A stretch of DNA of 64,000 bases, from contig NC_087436.1 in NCBI RefSeq assembly GCF_036321535.1, positions 76,138,001-76,202,000 of the forward strand, read 5' to 3'. A model generated the notes under the pieces. The model saw only the letters and a list, made by a program, of their open reading frames with translations, was not told the origin of the DNA and made no database searches. The DNA is from Camelus dromedarius. Its lineage: Eukaryota. Of the stretch, positions 26,300-38,600 are shown in pieces. Both the position numbers and the translations under genes were made by a program. Each line of letters starts with the position of its first letter. Position 1 is the first letter of the stretch.

Positions 26300-27290
26300 C
26301 ATTTAACAATACCTTTGAAGTCCCCATTGTGACTTGCATTGATTATACCCCCTAGCCCACTGCCCCCAGAGGTAACTGCTACTCCAAATTTAGCGTTTTT
26401 ATTTCTATATTAGTTTGCTATTTCTCCATAACAAATTACCAAACTTAGTGGCTTAAAACAACACACATTTATTATCTCAGTTTTTGTGGTTCAGATGTGC
26501 ATTCATGGCTTAGCTGGGTCCTCAGCTGAGTGTCCCAAGGCTGCAATTAAGGTGTCAGCTGGACTATATTCTCATCAGAGGCTCAACTGGGGAAAGATCC
26601 ACTTCCAGCTCCTTCAGGTTGTTGGCAGAATTCATCTTCTTGTGGGTATAGGACAGAGGTTCTCATCTTCTTGCTGACTGTTAGCTTGAGGTTGCTCTCA
26701 GCTTTTGAGTGTTCCTTACCATGCAGACTTTGTCATAGGCCCTCCCACAGCACGTCACCTTACTTCAGAGCCAGAGGGGAATGTCTTGCTTTAGTTGGCT
26801 AATATAGTCTCATACAATGCAGTGTAATCACAGGAGTGACATCCCATCTTCCCTGCTGTAGTCACAGATTCCCACTCATACTGCAGGGGAGATTATACAA
26901 CCATGTGACTCATGAGAGGTCACCTTAGGGTGTGTTTGCAGTTTGCATTGACTTACTTTATTTTTTCACCATATATGTATGTGTCCTGAAAATAGATATT
27001 TGTTTAGTTTGTATATGCTTTTGAATTTATATAAATGGAATCATTCTGTACATACTATTTTGTAATTTGCTTTTCCATTCATAATTATTTTTTCATTCAC
27101 CCTCGTTGAAATGTCACTGTAGTTCAGTCATTACTAAGTGTATAGCAGTCTATGATAAAACTGTCACACAATTGATTTATCATTCTACTACTGAAGAAAA
27201 TTAGGCCTATTTCCAGTTTTTGCTATTCTGAACAATATTGCTATGAGCATTGTTTTTCATATTCTTGCAGCAAATGTGTAAGAACTTCTG
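26300..27290 (-). mobile_element. L1ME 3' end, split by an MLT1 LTR
   Basis: 'cccccagaggtaactgctactcc' before the LTR and 'tttgaatttatataaatggaatcattctgtac' after it. Confidence 0.6.
26407..26940 (-). mobile_element. MaLR LTR (MLT1E-like)
   Basis: 'ataacaaattaccaaacttagtggcttaaaacaacacacatttattatctcag', 'cttcaggttgttggcagaattca'. Confidence 0.85.
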
Positions 27291-27299
27291 AAGTATTAT

Positions 27300-27910
27300 A
27301 ATCCATTCTTTATACGGTGACCAAAGTAAGTAGTCTTTTAAAACATAAATTATTTAAACCCCTCAAGTGACATCTAATTGTACTTTGAATGAAGTCCAAA
27401 CTCCTTACCGTGGTTTACAAAGCCCTACATGTTCTGGCCTTTGTCCATGTCTGTGACCTCTTCTTGGACTAGTCTTACCCTTGCTCACCACAATGGTCTT
27501 TTTCTTTTCCTCAAACATGCAAAGTTTTTCATTCATTCTTTTCCTTGGGCTTTGTACCCCCTTACTAGAATACTCTTTTTTGCAACCTTTGAACACTGAC
27601 TCCATCTCATCGTGCATGATTTATCTCAGATAGTATCAGAGTGGCCTTTTCTAGCTACCAAATCCAAAATAGCTTCCCACCCACTCTCTACACCATGACT
27701 CTATTCCAATTCTTTTCCCAAAATCTATCACTGTGATAATTTTCTTTGATTTATTAATTGCCTGTCAATCCGTTTATCTCCCCATTTTACAAGGAGTGGC
27801 TTGCTATCTTAGAGTAGGAATCTCTTTCTACTACGCCCAATAGGAGAAAGAGATCTGTGTATCCCCAGTTCATGATCAGGTGTGTGGCACATATAAAGTT
27901 CTCAAGAAAA
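27300..27910 (+). mobile_element. L2 3' region
   Basis: 'aagtccaaactccttaccgtggtttacaaagccctacatg', 'ttcctcaaacatgcaaag'. Confidence 0.7.
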
Positions 27911-28179
27911 TGAGCAAAGAAAATAACTACGGTATCAGCATTTTCAAAAGCTAGTGGCATAGAGATAAAGGTAAAAACGGGTCTGAAACACTTTTCTACA
28001 GACTGCAGGTGGGCTCAGAGGATCCATCTGTCCAGTTGTTCCTCTTAAGTGTTAAGGAATGTTACCAAAAGCCAAACTAAAGAGTTTTATTTCAGACGGT
28101 TTGAATTCTGAACTAGGAAGAAATGCAATAACAACGTTGGATGAGCAAGTTTAAGGAAGGTTTGGGAAATTGCTGTCTT

Positions 28180-28450
28180 TAAGGCCAATCATTGGGCATT
28201 TAGTTATTGACAGCTTTACTGGCTCACTAATTAGAAGTGTAAAATTTCAGGTGAGTGACAGTAGTTTATACACTAATTCTGCTTTTTCCAGCTGCAATTG
28301 CTGTGTAGCTAATGCTATAATTGATGGATGCTGCCAGTTCCTGAAATGGATGGTAATTAATACTTGAATTACCATTGTTAGAGGTCATAATCACACTTCC
28401 AGTTACATCTAAAAAGGAGTGTATTTATATTGCCTCTGTCAATAAAGCTA
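28180..28450. promoter_or_regulatory. Candidate MEIS/PBX-HOX developmental enhancer
   Basis: TGACAG 28208 and 28256, CTGTCA 28436, TGATGGAT 28322-28329, CTAATTAG 28227-28234, TAATTAA 28354-28360; no TE recognised. Confidence 0.45.
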
Positions 28451-29069
28451 TAGTATAACTTTGGGGAACAAACATTCTATATATACCTTGGGTGCTGAAT
28501 ATTACAAATATAGATATAAATAGGTACATTAACTTTTATATTTCAATCTGTAATGTATTCAAGTTCTATTCCACCCCCCAAATAACAGTCCTTTAAGAAA
28601 AATAAAATAGCTAAACAGATAAATCCTGAAGAAGAAAATTATTTGTTCCATAAATAATTTTGATTTTATCTTTGAGCTCTTATAATTATTGAACATATCT
28701 GATCAGTTAAAATAATATGTGCTTCACCATCCTTTAAAGGAAATGAAACTTTTGGGAACACATTTTTTAATGATGGGGCATAGCCAGCTAAGTAATTCTA
28801 TACTGGTAAAGTAGAATGTGAAATCTTGAAGTGGGTTGCTATTGTGGTGGTCAAGGATTTATGAAATTATAGCGTATCACAGTGTTTATTTTTAAAACAA
28901 CAATTATGTCATATTCATTCTGTTGTAGTGAATAAAATTGGGAGTAGGAAAGTAGTGGCAGATTTTCTTTTTTTCTGGTTCTCTTCATATACTTGCTTCT
29001 GATAATTTCTTTTTTGTTTTCTTCAGGGGCTTACAGTCTTGGGTCCATCTTTGTTTTCACTTACACAGT

Positions 29070-29182
29070 AATTCCAGACTCTAGTTACACCTCTATGAAT
29101 TCTGATTTCAGTGGTCTGTCGTATGCTTGGGCATAAGCATCTTTTCAATTGCTTCTAATATGCAGCCAGAGTTGAGAACCAA
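29070..29182. mobile_element. MER5A/B-like hAT MITE fragment
   Basis: 'attctgatttcagtggtctg...ttctaatatgcagccagagttgagaacca'. Confidence 0.6.
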
Positions 29183-29887
29183 TGTTTATGCTGTCTCTTT
29201 GAGTAGTTCATTCACTCTCATACTCTGATCTACTATGCTGATAATTCCCATATGTATATCATCATTAACCTGAATTTCACTTGAATATGAAAATGCAGGT
29301 TTGTTCTCTCTCCTTGGATGGTCTCAACATTGCCAGTACTGAACTCATTACCCACCAAGTCTCCTTCGCTTGTTTCTTGATCTGTTTCCTGCCTAGAATC
29401 CTAGAAGCAATTATAGTCTTTCCTTTGCCTCTCCTACTATAACCAAGTATTTAGAAATCCTGACAATTTGTCTTATAAATGTTTGAGTCTCTCCCTTTCT
29501 CCTCACTTGAACTTCCTTTTATTTAGCCAAGAGCTTCTCATCTTAATACTTTCAACAGCTTTCCCTTGTTCATATCATCTTCCCTACTGTTCAAACCCAC
29601 TCACTCTATCTATCTGGAATGATATATTTGAAACACGAATGCAGCCACATTATTCATAGTTAAAATTCTTCAGTGGCTTCTCATCATTTATTGGATGCAG
29701 CTCAATCTTCTTAACAAAGGTAACTGAGGTAATTCCATGACTGGTTTAATGTCTCCTTTCTCATTGCCTGATTCTACATCATTCACACTTTAGTATCCAG
29801 ATTATGGAGCTGCTTATACTTGTCAGGTTCTCCTAATCCTTCATGTTTTTGTCCATGTTCTTATTTCTGTCTAAAAGTACCTTTCCC

Positions 29888-32384
29888 TGAGACTCGCTTT
29901 AGGGTGAAAGACACACATAGGTTGAAAGTGAAGAGATAAAAAGATGTTTCATGCAAATGGAAATGGCAGTAAAGCAGGGATAGCAATACTCATCTCAGAC
30001 AAAATGGACTTCAAAACTAAGTCCATAAAGAAAGACAAAGAAAGACACTATATAATGATAAAAGGATCAGTACCAGAAAAGGATATTACACTCCTTAACA
30101 TATATTTACCCAATATAGGAGCAGTTAACTATGTAAAACAGATACTAGCCAACATAAAAAGAGAAATTGACAGGCATACAATTGTAGTAGGAGACTTTCA
30201 CATCCCACTGACTTCAAAGGACATATCTTCCAGATGAAAAAATCAATAAGGCAACAGAGATCCTAAATGACATAGTAGAACCACTGAACTTAATTGGTAT
30301 CTACAGGACACTACATCAAAAAGAATCAGAATACAAATTCTTTTCAAGCATATGTGGAACATTCTCTAGGATAGACCACATTCTATGACACAAAACAAGC
30401 CTCAAGAAATTTAAGAGGGTAGAAATTATTTCAAGCATCTGTTCTGACCACAATAGTATGAAATTAAAAATCAACCACAGAAAGGAAAACAGGTAAAAGA
30501 TGATCACATGGAGACTAAATAATATGTTACTAAAAAAAAGTGTCAGTGATGAAATAAAAGAGAAAATCAGAAAATACCTCAAGACAAACACCAGTGAAAA
30601 CAAAACCTGCAAAAAAAAAAAAAAAAAAAGGACCATTTCCTTTCATGGGAGAATTCTACCAAACATACAAAGAAGAACTTATGCCTATGCTCTTTAAACT
30701 GTTCCAAAAGACAAGAGGAGGGAACCCTCCCAAATTAATTCAGTGAAGCCCTCATCACCCAAAACCAGACAAAGACACTACAAAAAAAGAAAATTACAAG
30801 CCAATGTTTTTGATGAATATAGATGCAACATTCCTCAATGAAATATTAGCAAACTGAATCCAGTAATACATAAAAAGAATCATATACCATGAGCAAGCAA
30901 GGAAATTTCAACATATGCAAATTAAACAATGTGATACACCACATTAACAAAAGAAAAGACAAAAACCATGTGATGATCTCAATAGACACAGAAAAAAAAT
31001 TTGATAAAATTCATGATAAAAATTCTCACCAAAATGGATATAGGGGAAACATATTTCAACATAGTAAAATCTACTTACAGCAAACTCAAAGAAATGGAAA
31101 GCTATCCCATGCTCTTGGAAGAATTAATATTGTTAAAATGGCATACTATTTAAAGCAATCTACAGATTTATTGCAATTCCTATCAAATTACCCATATTTT
31201 TCACAGAACTGGAACAGAGAATCCTAAAATTTATATGGAACCACAGAAGATTGCCAAAGCAGTCCTAAGGAAAAAGAACAAAGCTAGAGGCATTACCCTC
31301 CCAGGCTTCAGATGATATGACAAAGCTACAGTAATCAAAACAGCATGAGCCTAGCACAAAAACTGACATATAGATCAATGGAATGGAATAGATCAATGGA
31401 ATAGAAATAAATCCACAGACCTACGGTCATTTAATTTTGACAGAGGAGACAAGAATGTACAATGGGGAAAAAACAGTCTCTTCAACAAGTGGTTTTGGGA
31501 AACATGGACAGCTACATGTAAATCAATGAAATTAGAACACTCCCTCACACCATACAAAAAAAAAAAAACTCAAAATAGTTTAAATACCTTAATATAAGAC
31601 AAGAGACCATAAAACTCCTAGAAGAGAACATAGGCAAAACATTCTCTGAGATAAATTTTAGCAACATTTTCCTAGACCAGCCTCCCAAAGCAAAATAAAT
31701 AAAAGCAAAATTAAACAAATGGGACCTAATCAAACTTACTAGCTTTTGAACAGCAAAGGAAACCAACAAAACAAAAACACAATCTACAGAATGGAAAAAA
31801 ATATTTGCAAATGACGCGACAAACAGGAGTTAATAACCAAAATATACAAACAGCTTGTATAACTCAATATCACAAAAAAAAAAAAAAAAAAAAATCCAAA
31901 CGACCCTATCAGAAAATTGAGCAAAAGACCTAAAGAGATACCTCTTCAAAGAAGACACACAGATGGCCAACAGGCACATGGGAAGATGCTCTCAATATAG
32001 CTAAGTATTAGAGAGATGCAAATCAAAACCACAATGAGATACCACCTCACACCAGACAGAATGGCTATCATCAAAAAATCTACAAATGATAAATTTTGGC
32101 AAGGATGTAGAGAAAAGGGAACTCTAGTGTGCTGTTAATAGGAATCTAAATTTGTATAGCCACTATGGAAAACAGTATGGAGGTTCCTTTTCTAAAAAAC
32201 TAAAATAGAGCTGCTATATGATGCAGCAACCCCACTTATAGGCATACATCCAGAAAAGATGAAAACTCTAATTCAGAAAGTCACATGCACCCCAATGTTC
32301 ATAGCAGGACTATTTACAATAGCCAAGAAATGGAAACAATCCAAGTGCCTATCATCAGATGATTGGTTTAAGGAGATATGGTGT

Positions 32385-32431
<47 letters not shown>

Positions 32432-32888
32432 ATATATATATATGTATGTATGTTATGGCCATAACAAAGAATGAAATATTGCCATTTGAAGCAATATTAG
32501 TGGACCTAGAGAATATCAAACTAAGTGAAGTCAGACAGAGAAAGACAAATATGATTATCACTTATATGTGGAATCTGAAAAATAGGACAAATAAATCTGT
32601 ATATAAAACAGAAATATTTTCACAGACATAGAAAACAAACTTATGGTTACCAAAGGAGAAAAGGGGGATGAGGGGGGGGTAAATTAGGAGTATGGGATTA
32701 ATAGATACAAACTACTGTACATAAACTAGATAAGCACTGTATAGCACACAGAACTATATTTAATATCTTGTAGTATCCTATAATGAAAAACAATCTGAAA
32801 TGTATATAACTGAATTACTTTGCTGTATACCTGCAACTAACACAATATATTGTAACTCAACAATACCTCAATAAAAAATAAATTAAAT
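29888..32888 (+). mobile_element. Young cetartiodactyl-type L1, 5'-truncated, with internal deletions (dead ORF2)
   Basis: EN motifs in ORF 29944 (FHANG...KAGIAILISDK...VGDF), RT N-part in ORF 30889 ([21 protein letters not shown]), 3' UTR and A-rich tail; 15-bp TSD aaaagtacctttccc (29873-29887) / aaaattacctttccc (32889-32903). Confidence 0.95.
32381..32452. repeat. (GT)n(AT)n compound microsatellite inside the L1
   Basis: Read directly. Confidence 0.95.
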
Positions 32889-34281
32889 AAAATTACCTTT
32901 CCCCCTTTTTTTAACCAACTACTAATCATCCCTTACAACTTAACTTAGGTATCACTTCCTACAAAGTGACTTCTCTGATTTGCCAGACTCGGATAAAGTT
33001 CCCTCTCACATGTCCTGGCACTCTGGGGATTTCCTGATCATAGAATTAGCCAAGTTAAACGGAAATAGTTTACTTACTTACTTGTCTCTCCACTAAAATG
33101 TAAGCAGCAGCTATGTCGTACCGTCTTTGTATCCTCAGTGCCTACCTGGAGCTATATCTGGAACTTAGCAGAGTTTAATTACATACTTTTTGAATGGAAT
33201 GATTCCTGACAGCTCCACCAAATCACCGTATATGCGTTAGGTAAAGCAACTCAATGTATGTGTTCCCCTACTGTAAAATGGGTTGATGAATTACTGTGAT
33301 AAATTTTGTAATCATTTCTCTTAAGACTTCTCAGAAGGCATCAGATAACATTAACAGGAAAATATCAACTTATTTCATAGTTACTCCTCCTTACTTCATA
33401 CTCCCTTTAGGGCATTCTTGGTGATTTTATGTGTGAAGCTCTCCTTAGCTAATGCCTAACTGCATTCTCTGACGTTTGCACAATCAATTCTTGATTATCC
33501 ATGGTCATAGTAGAAAGGGAGAGTGTGGAAAATCTAAAAATCTCATTTGCATCAACTGCCTCTTTCACCAAATCTTTTGCCAGAGATAGTAATGAGTGTC
33601 ACAAAGCTGGTGGAGGTACAAATGAGCTGTTAAATGGCAAAAACTCATGTTGCCAGGTAAAGCTTTGAACAATATACATCTGGATAACCACAGAATAACA
33701 TAGAATTGACTATATTTAAAAAATGAGAATTTAGTGTTTATGATTAATGAAGACTGATGACATCAGCTTCTATAACGGTGTTTGGACTTGTTTTAATCAT
33801 GGGCAAAGTAAATATTTGTGTACATGCTATTCTGTCAGGTGTTTCTGAGTTGATCCTATTTCCCCAAATGTCACATTCACTCTTTTGCCTCAGGGCCTAA
33901 ATCTCTGCCATTAAAATATGCAAAGCATGCTAAAAAACAAGGGGGCCAGTGGTACCAAAAATAAAAATAAACACCAAATACACCTAAATTTTACATCTGG
34001 TTATCCTTACCCCATATGAATATATGCTTTTGTATTCAGATCTCAAGACTTTGAAGGACCATTATATTCCACTTTCGACTTTAGAGGACAGTTATAAGGC
34101 AAGCGAGTTAACTAAAGTATTACTTCTGAAGACACTTACTAAATGACTGTCTTTTCTCTGTGGAATTGATAAGGTCAGTTGGAACTTCCAGAGTGCTCTG
34201 GAAGCACCTGCAGCTTTCAAAACCCATATGGTATTGAATGCTGATATTGCTGGAGATTAAAGATCTCTTAGACCTTTACGG

Positions 34282-34709
34282 CATATTTTTGGTGTTAGAG
34301 TTCTCCAGAGAAACAAAACCAATAAGGGGTGTGTGTGTGTGTGTGTGTGTATAAAGAGATTTATTTGAAGAAATTGGCCCATGTGATTATGGAGAATGGT
34401 CCAAAATCTGCAGAGTGGGCTGGCAGGCTGGAGACCCAAAAAGAGCTGATGCTACATTCAAGTTCAAAGGACGCCTGCTGGCAGAATTCCCTCCTGCTTG
34501 GGAATGTCAGTCTTTTGTTCAATTCAGGCCTTCAGATGATTGGATGAGGTCCACCCAAATTATGAAGGACAATCTGTTTTACTCAAAGTTTACTTATTTA
34601 AATGTTGATCTCATTCAAAACACCCTCACAGAAATAGCTAGAATAACGTTTGACCATACAACTGGGCACCATGGCCAAGGCAACTTGACAGATTAAATTA
34701 ACCATCACA
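34282..34709 (-). mobile_element. ERVL LTR (MLT2C/D-like)
   Basis: 'gttctccagagaaacaaaaccaataagg', internal (GT)n, ends 'aattaaccatcaca'. Confidence 0.9.
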
Positions 34710-35035
34710 TTCTTCATCTGTTAGGCGATGAAAGGGGCCTAGGGGAGTGAAATAACTTGCCTGAGCTTCTGGGAGTTGAACTCAGATTAATATCCACATT
34801 TTTTGATTTCTTAATTTGTGCCTTTTATACCATGGAACACTGATTTCACTGATTATGATAATGAGGTAAGTAAAACAGCAGGATTTAGCTCTAAAATAAA
34901 TGGCTCAGAAATAAATACCAATAGTGTTTCCTTTAAAAATATCTTTTGAACAGGACTCTCATGATATTTCAGAATGTCTAGCATTCTTGGTCCCTACCTA
35001 AATTGCCAGTAGTAGGTTTGTATCATTAAAAAAAA

Positions 35036-36865
35036 ACAGCTTTATTGAGATATAATTCACATACTATAAACGTCACCCATTTAAAGTGCACAATTCAGTG
35101 TGTTTTGGTATATTCACAAAGTTGTGCAACCATCACCACTATCTATTTCCAGAATATTTTCATCACTCCCATTCCTTCTCCTTCCCTTCCCTAGAATCCA
35201 TTAATCTGCTATCTCTTTAGATTTGCCTTTTCTGGACATTTCATATAAATGTAACCATATAATATGTGACATTTATGACTTCTTTCACTTAGCATGTTTT
35301 CAAGGTTTATCCATGTTGCAGCATATATCAGTACTCCATTCTTTTTATTGCCAGATATTATCCCATTGTATGAATATAGCACATTTTGTTTATTCATTTG
35401 TCAATTGATGGATATTTGGGTAGTTTCCACTTTTAGCTATTAGGAATAATGCTGTGAGTATCTGTGTACAGATTTTATGGGGACATATGTTTTCAGTTCT
35501 CTAAGGTATATACTTAGGAATGGAATTACTGGGTCATGTGGTAACTCTATGTTCAACTCTTTGAGAAGCTATCATACTGTTTTCTATGGTGGCTGCATCA
35601 TTTCACACCATTAGCAATGTATGTGGTTCCAGTTTCTCCACATCCCCACCAACACTTGTTTTAACTTATTTTTTTCTATTAAAACCATCTTAGTGGGTGT
35701 AAAGTAGTATCTAATTGTAGATTTGATTTGTATTTTCCTAATGACTAATGATTTTGAACATCTTTTCATGAGCTTATTGGCTGTTTGTATATATTCTTTG
35801 AAGAAATGTCAATTCAAATCTTTTACTGATCTCTTAATTGGGTTAATTTTTTTTTTACTATTGAACTGTATGAGTTCTTTATATATTATGGCTACAAGCC
35901 CATTTATTAGATATATAATCTGCAAATATTTTCCCCTACTCTGTAAGATTTATCAAAGACACTTTCTTGATGGTGTCCATGAAGTAGAAAAGTTTTTAAT
36001 TTTGATGAAGTTTGATTTATATATTTTTTGCTTGAGTATTTGGTGTCATATCTAAAAAATAATTGTTTAATTCAAGGTTTCAAAGATTTGCTCTTCTATT
36101 TTCTTCTAAGAATTTTATACTTTTAGCTCTTACATTTAGTTCTATGATCCATTTGAGAGTTTTTTTTTGGTTTGTTTTACTTTTTTATATGTTGTGAGGT
36201 AGGGCTCTAAATTCATTCTTTTGCATGCAGTTATCCAGTTGTCCCATCATCATTTTGAAAAGACTATTATTTCTTACTGAGTGGCCCTGACACCCTTGCT
36301 AAAAATCTATCAACCTTAAATTTAGGGAGTTATGCCTGGATATAAATTCTATTCTATTGACCTGTATGACTATCATTATGCCAGTAGCAGATTGTCTTGA
36401 TTACTGTGGCTTTATAGTAAGTTTTAAAATCAGGAAGCATGAATCTTTCAAATTTGTTTTTTTAAAGGTTATTTTGGCTGTTCTGGGTTTCTTGCATTTC
36501 CATATGAATGTTAGGATCAGCATGCCCATGTCTGCAAAACATGAGGTGGGGATGTTGTTAGGGATTGCACTGAATCTGTATCAGGTTGAGGAGTGTTTTT
36601 ATCTTAACAATACTGTCTTTCAGTCCATGAACATGCAACATCTTCCCTTTTACTTAGTTCTTTAATTTCCTTCAGTGATGTTTTGTATTTTTTTAGTATG
36701 TGTCTTAACACTTTCTTTGCTAAATTTATTCCTATGTATTTTACTCTTTTTGATCCTATCATAAGTGGAATTGTTTTCCTTTTTTCATTTTCAGAATGTT
36801 TATTACTAGTATGTAGAAATACAAATTGATTTTTATATATTGAACTTGTATCCTGCCATCTTGGT
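35036..36865 (-). mobile_element. L1MB-like 3' end plus ORF2 C-terminal remnant
   Basis: 'cagctttattgagatataattcacatac...cacccatttaaagtgcacaattcagtg' followed by continuous antisense ORF2. Confidence 0.9.
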
Positions 36866-36911
36866 GAGCTTGGCCCCTGTCATTCTGATAACTAGAAATT
36901 ACTCCTGTATA

Positions 36912-37160
36912 CAGTTGACCCTTGAACAACACGTATTTGAACTGGGTAGGTCCACTTATACATGGATTTTAAAAAAGATAATGAATACTGTAATGTTACA
37001 TTATCCCTGTTTAGTTGAATCTGCAGATATGGAACCACAGATATGGAAGATCTGCATATATGGAGGAACTGTGTATATGGAGGGCCAACTATAAATTACA
37101 CACAGGTTTTCAACTGCATGCAGGATCAATGCCCTTAGCCCTTATACTCTATTTCAACTC
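36912..37160. mobile_element. Tigger2-derived MITE (TcMar)
   Basis: Left TIR 'cagttgacccttgaacaacac', degenerate right TIR 'tcaactc', TA TSD at 36910-36911 and 37161-37162. Confidence 0.85.
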
Positions 37161-37261
37161 TATTTCCAAAAGCTTGTGGATGGAGGAAGGTGGTAATTTG
37201 CCCAAATGAGAATCCTAAATGAGGAGAACCTGAGCATGGTGTGAAAAGTGAAGGTTGAATC

Positions 37262-37608
37262 TGTTGACCTGAAACAAAGACTGCAAGATATTTCCCCAGA
37301 AAAGATGGATTTATTTGAGATCAGCAGAGAATTGCAATTCGTGGTTTGCAACCATGGTGTGTGCACCACATGCAAGTATGTATTTGGCAAGAGAAGGAGA
37401 ACACTTTTATAGAGAGAAAAAGGAAGTTGGGAGGACTATGGTAAACACAGAGTCTATGGCTTTTCTTTGGCTTAGTCCTTGCTAGGAAAGAAAAGGAGTC
37501 TTTATTCTTCCTTTTGGGCTAGGTTGTTGTCACAGGGTGTGAGAGGGCCTCCTACTGGCTTCCCAAGTCTATTTAATTAAGGTTTTTGTTTACATATTTT
37601 TTAAAAAA
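37262..37608 (-). mobile_element. ERV1-class solo LTR
   Basis: Starts 'tgttgacc'; antisense AATAAA (tttatt near 37310) and TATA (tttata near 37406); 4-bp TSD aatc (37258-37261 and 37609-37612); right CA terminus decayed. Confidence 0.7.
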
Positions 37609-38139
37609 AATCTCAGAGAACGAAATGGTTCTGCTTAATGAAAAACTGAGTTTCTTAGAATTGTCAACTGTCAGTGCTAGAAATTTGAGTTGATAAACCT
37701 CTTGATGTGGAAGAGGAGAGACAAATGGCAAGGATACACTTGAGAGAGGAGACCTACCTCTCTCACGGTGATAAGTGAGTATGAAAGAGAAGAAAAGTTA
37801 GAGAGAAATTCCTTGTGATGGGGATGGCAGAAGAATTGTAAGATGTTTTATATTGTATTTTTATTTTATACTGTGCAAAAATATCCCTTGATTTTAACTA
37901 ATTCTTTTGTCAGAGCCTGTAACACTTTTGTATATGTTCATCTGGCATGGCATGGGGATGAAATACTCTGGTTAATTTTGTTCCACTTAAAGAGAGAGCC
38001 ACCATTATGGTATATAGTTTGCTGATTTCCAAAGCGCTAGAATATTGCATAACAGATTTACGTTAAAATTTTCCTGGACTAAAGGGACAATGTGGTAAAT
38101 AGAGGAGAGGAAGACAGAGGAAGAAATGCTCTAGGAGGT

Positions 38140-38330
38140 GTTTTCCATAATTTGCTGTATATTAATGTAATGTATGCATGCTGTAAGGATTGATATCATC
38201 ATCACCCAATTTCACAGATGAGGAGACTCAAATTCACAGAAATTTAAAAATTATCTGGGGTAATGCAGCCAGTTAGTAGCAAAATCAGGTCCTTGATTCC
38301 AAAGCCCTTCCTATTTCCACTATATCATGC
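38140..38330 (-). mobile_element. MIR SINE
   Basis: 'cccaatttcacagatgaggagactca...tgattccaaagccc'. Confidence 0.7.
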
Positions 38331-38439
38331 TGCATTTTTAGGGCAGCTGTGTTGCCCACCTGCAGGGGGCCTGTTCATGTAGAGCACAGTGTGAATGGTG
38401 CCTGCGGGAACTGGCAATACAGTGGGTGCTGAAAAGAAA

Positions 38440-38600
38440 GAAGACTCTGGTCTTGGCTATGTGACCTGGGAAAGTTTCTTGCCCTTTTTGAGTCTTAGTT
38501 TCCATAGCTGTATCATAGGGATCCCAACATCATCTCTTGATGACTGCCCTGGACGTTGTTGTGAATCAGAAGAGATAATGTAAAAGGGCTTTGTAAAGAT
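38440..38600 (+). mobile_element. MIR SINE
   Basis: 'gctatgtgacctgggaaagtttct...gagtcttagtttccatagctgta'. Confidence 0.65.

Larger units (their letters stand above)
29200..33200 (+). mobile_element. L2 element (29200-29887 and 32904-33200) interrupted by a young L1
   Basis: 'aaaattcttcagtggcttctcatc' before the L1; 'tctctccactaaaatgtaagc...gaatggaatga' after it. Confidence 0.7.

Noticed and set aside
28095..28256. Acceptor (ttttatttcag) and donor (cag/gtgagt) pair
   Set aside because: Stops occur in all three frames; the enhancer reading fits better, though a non-coding exon is not excluded.
29944..31227. Endonuclease and RT-like ORFs as a functional gene
   Set aside because: They are frameshifted, stop-interrupted L1 ORF2 remnants lacking the RT catalytic core.
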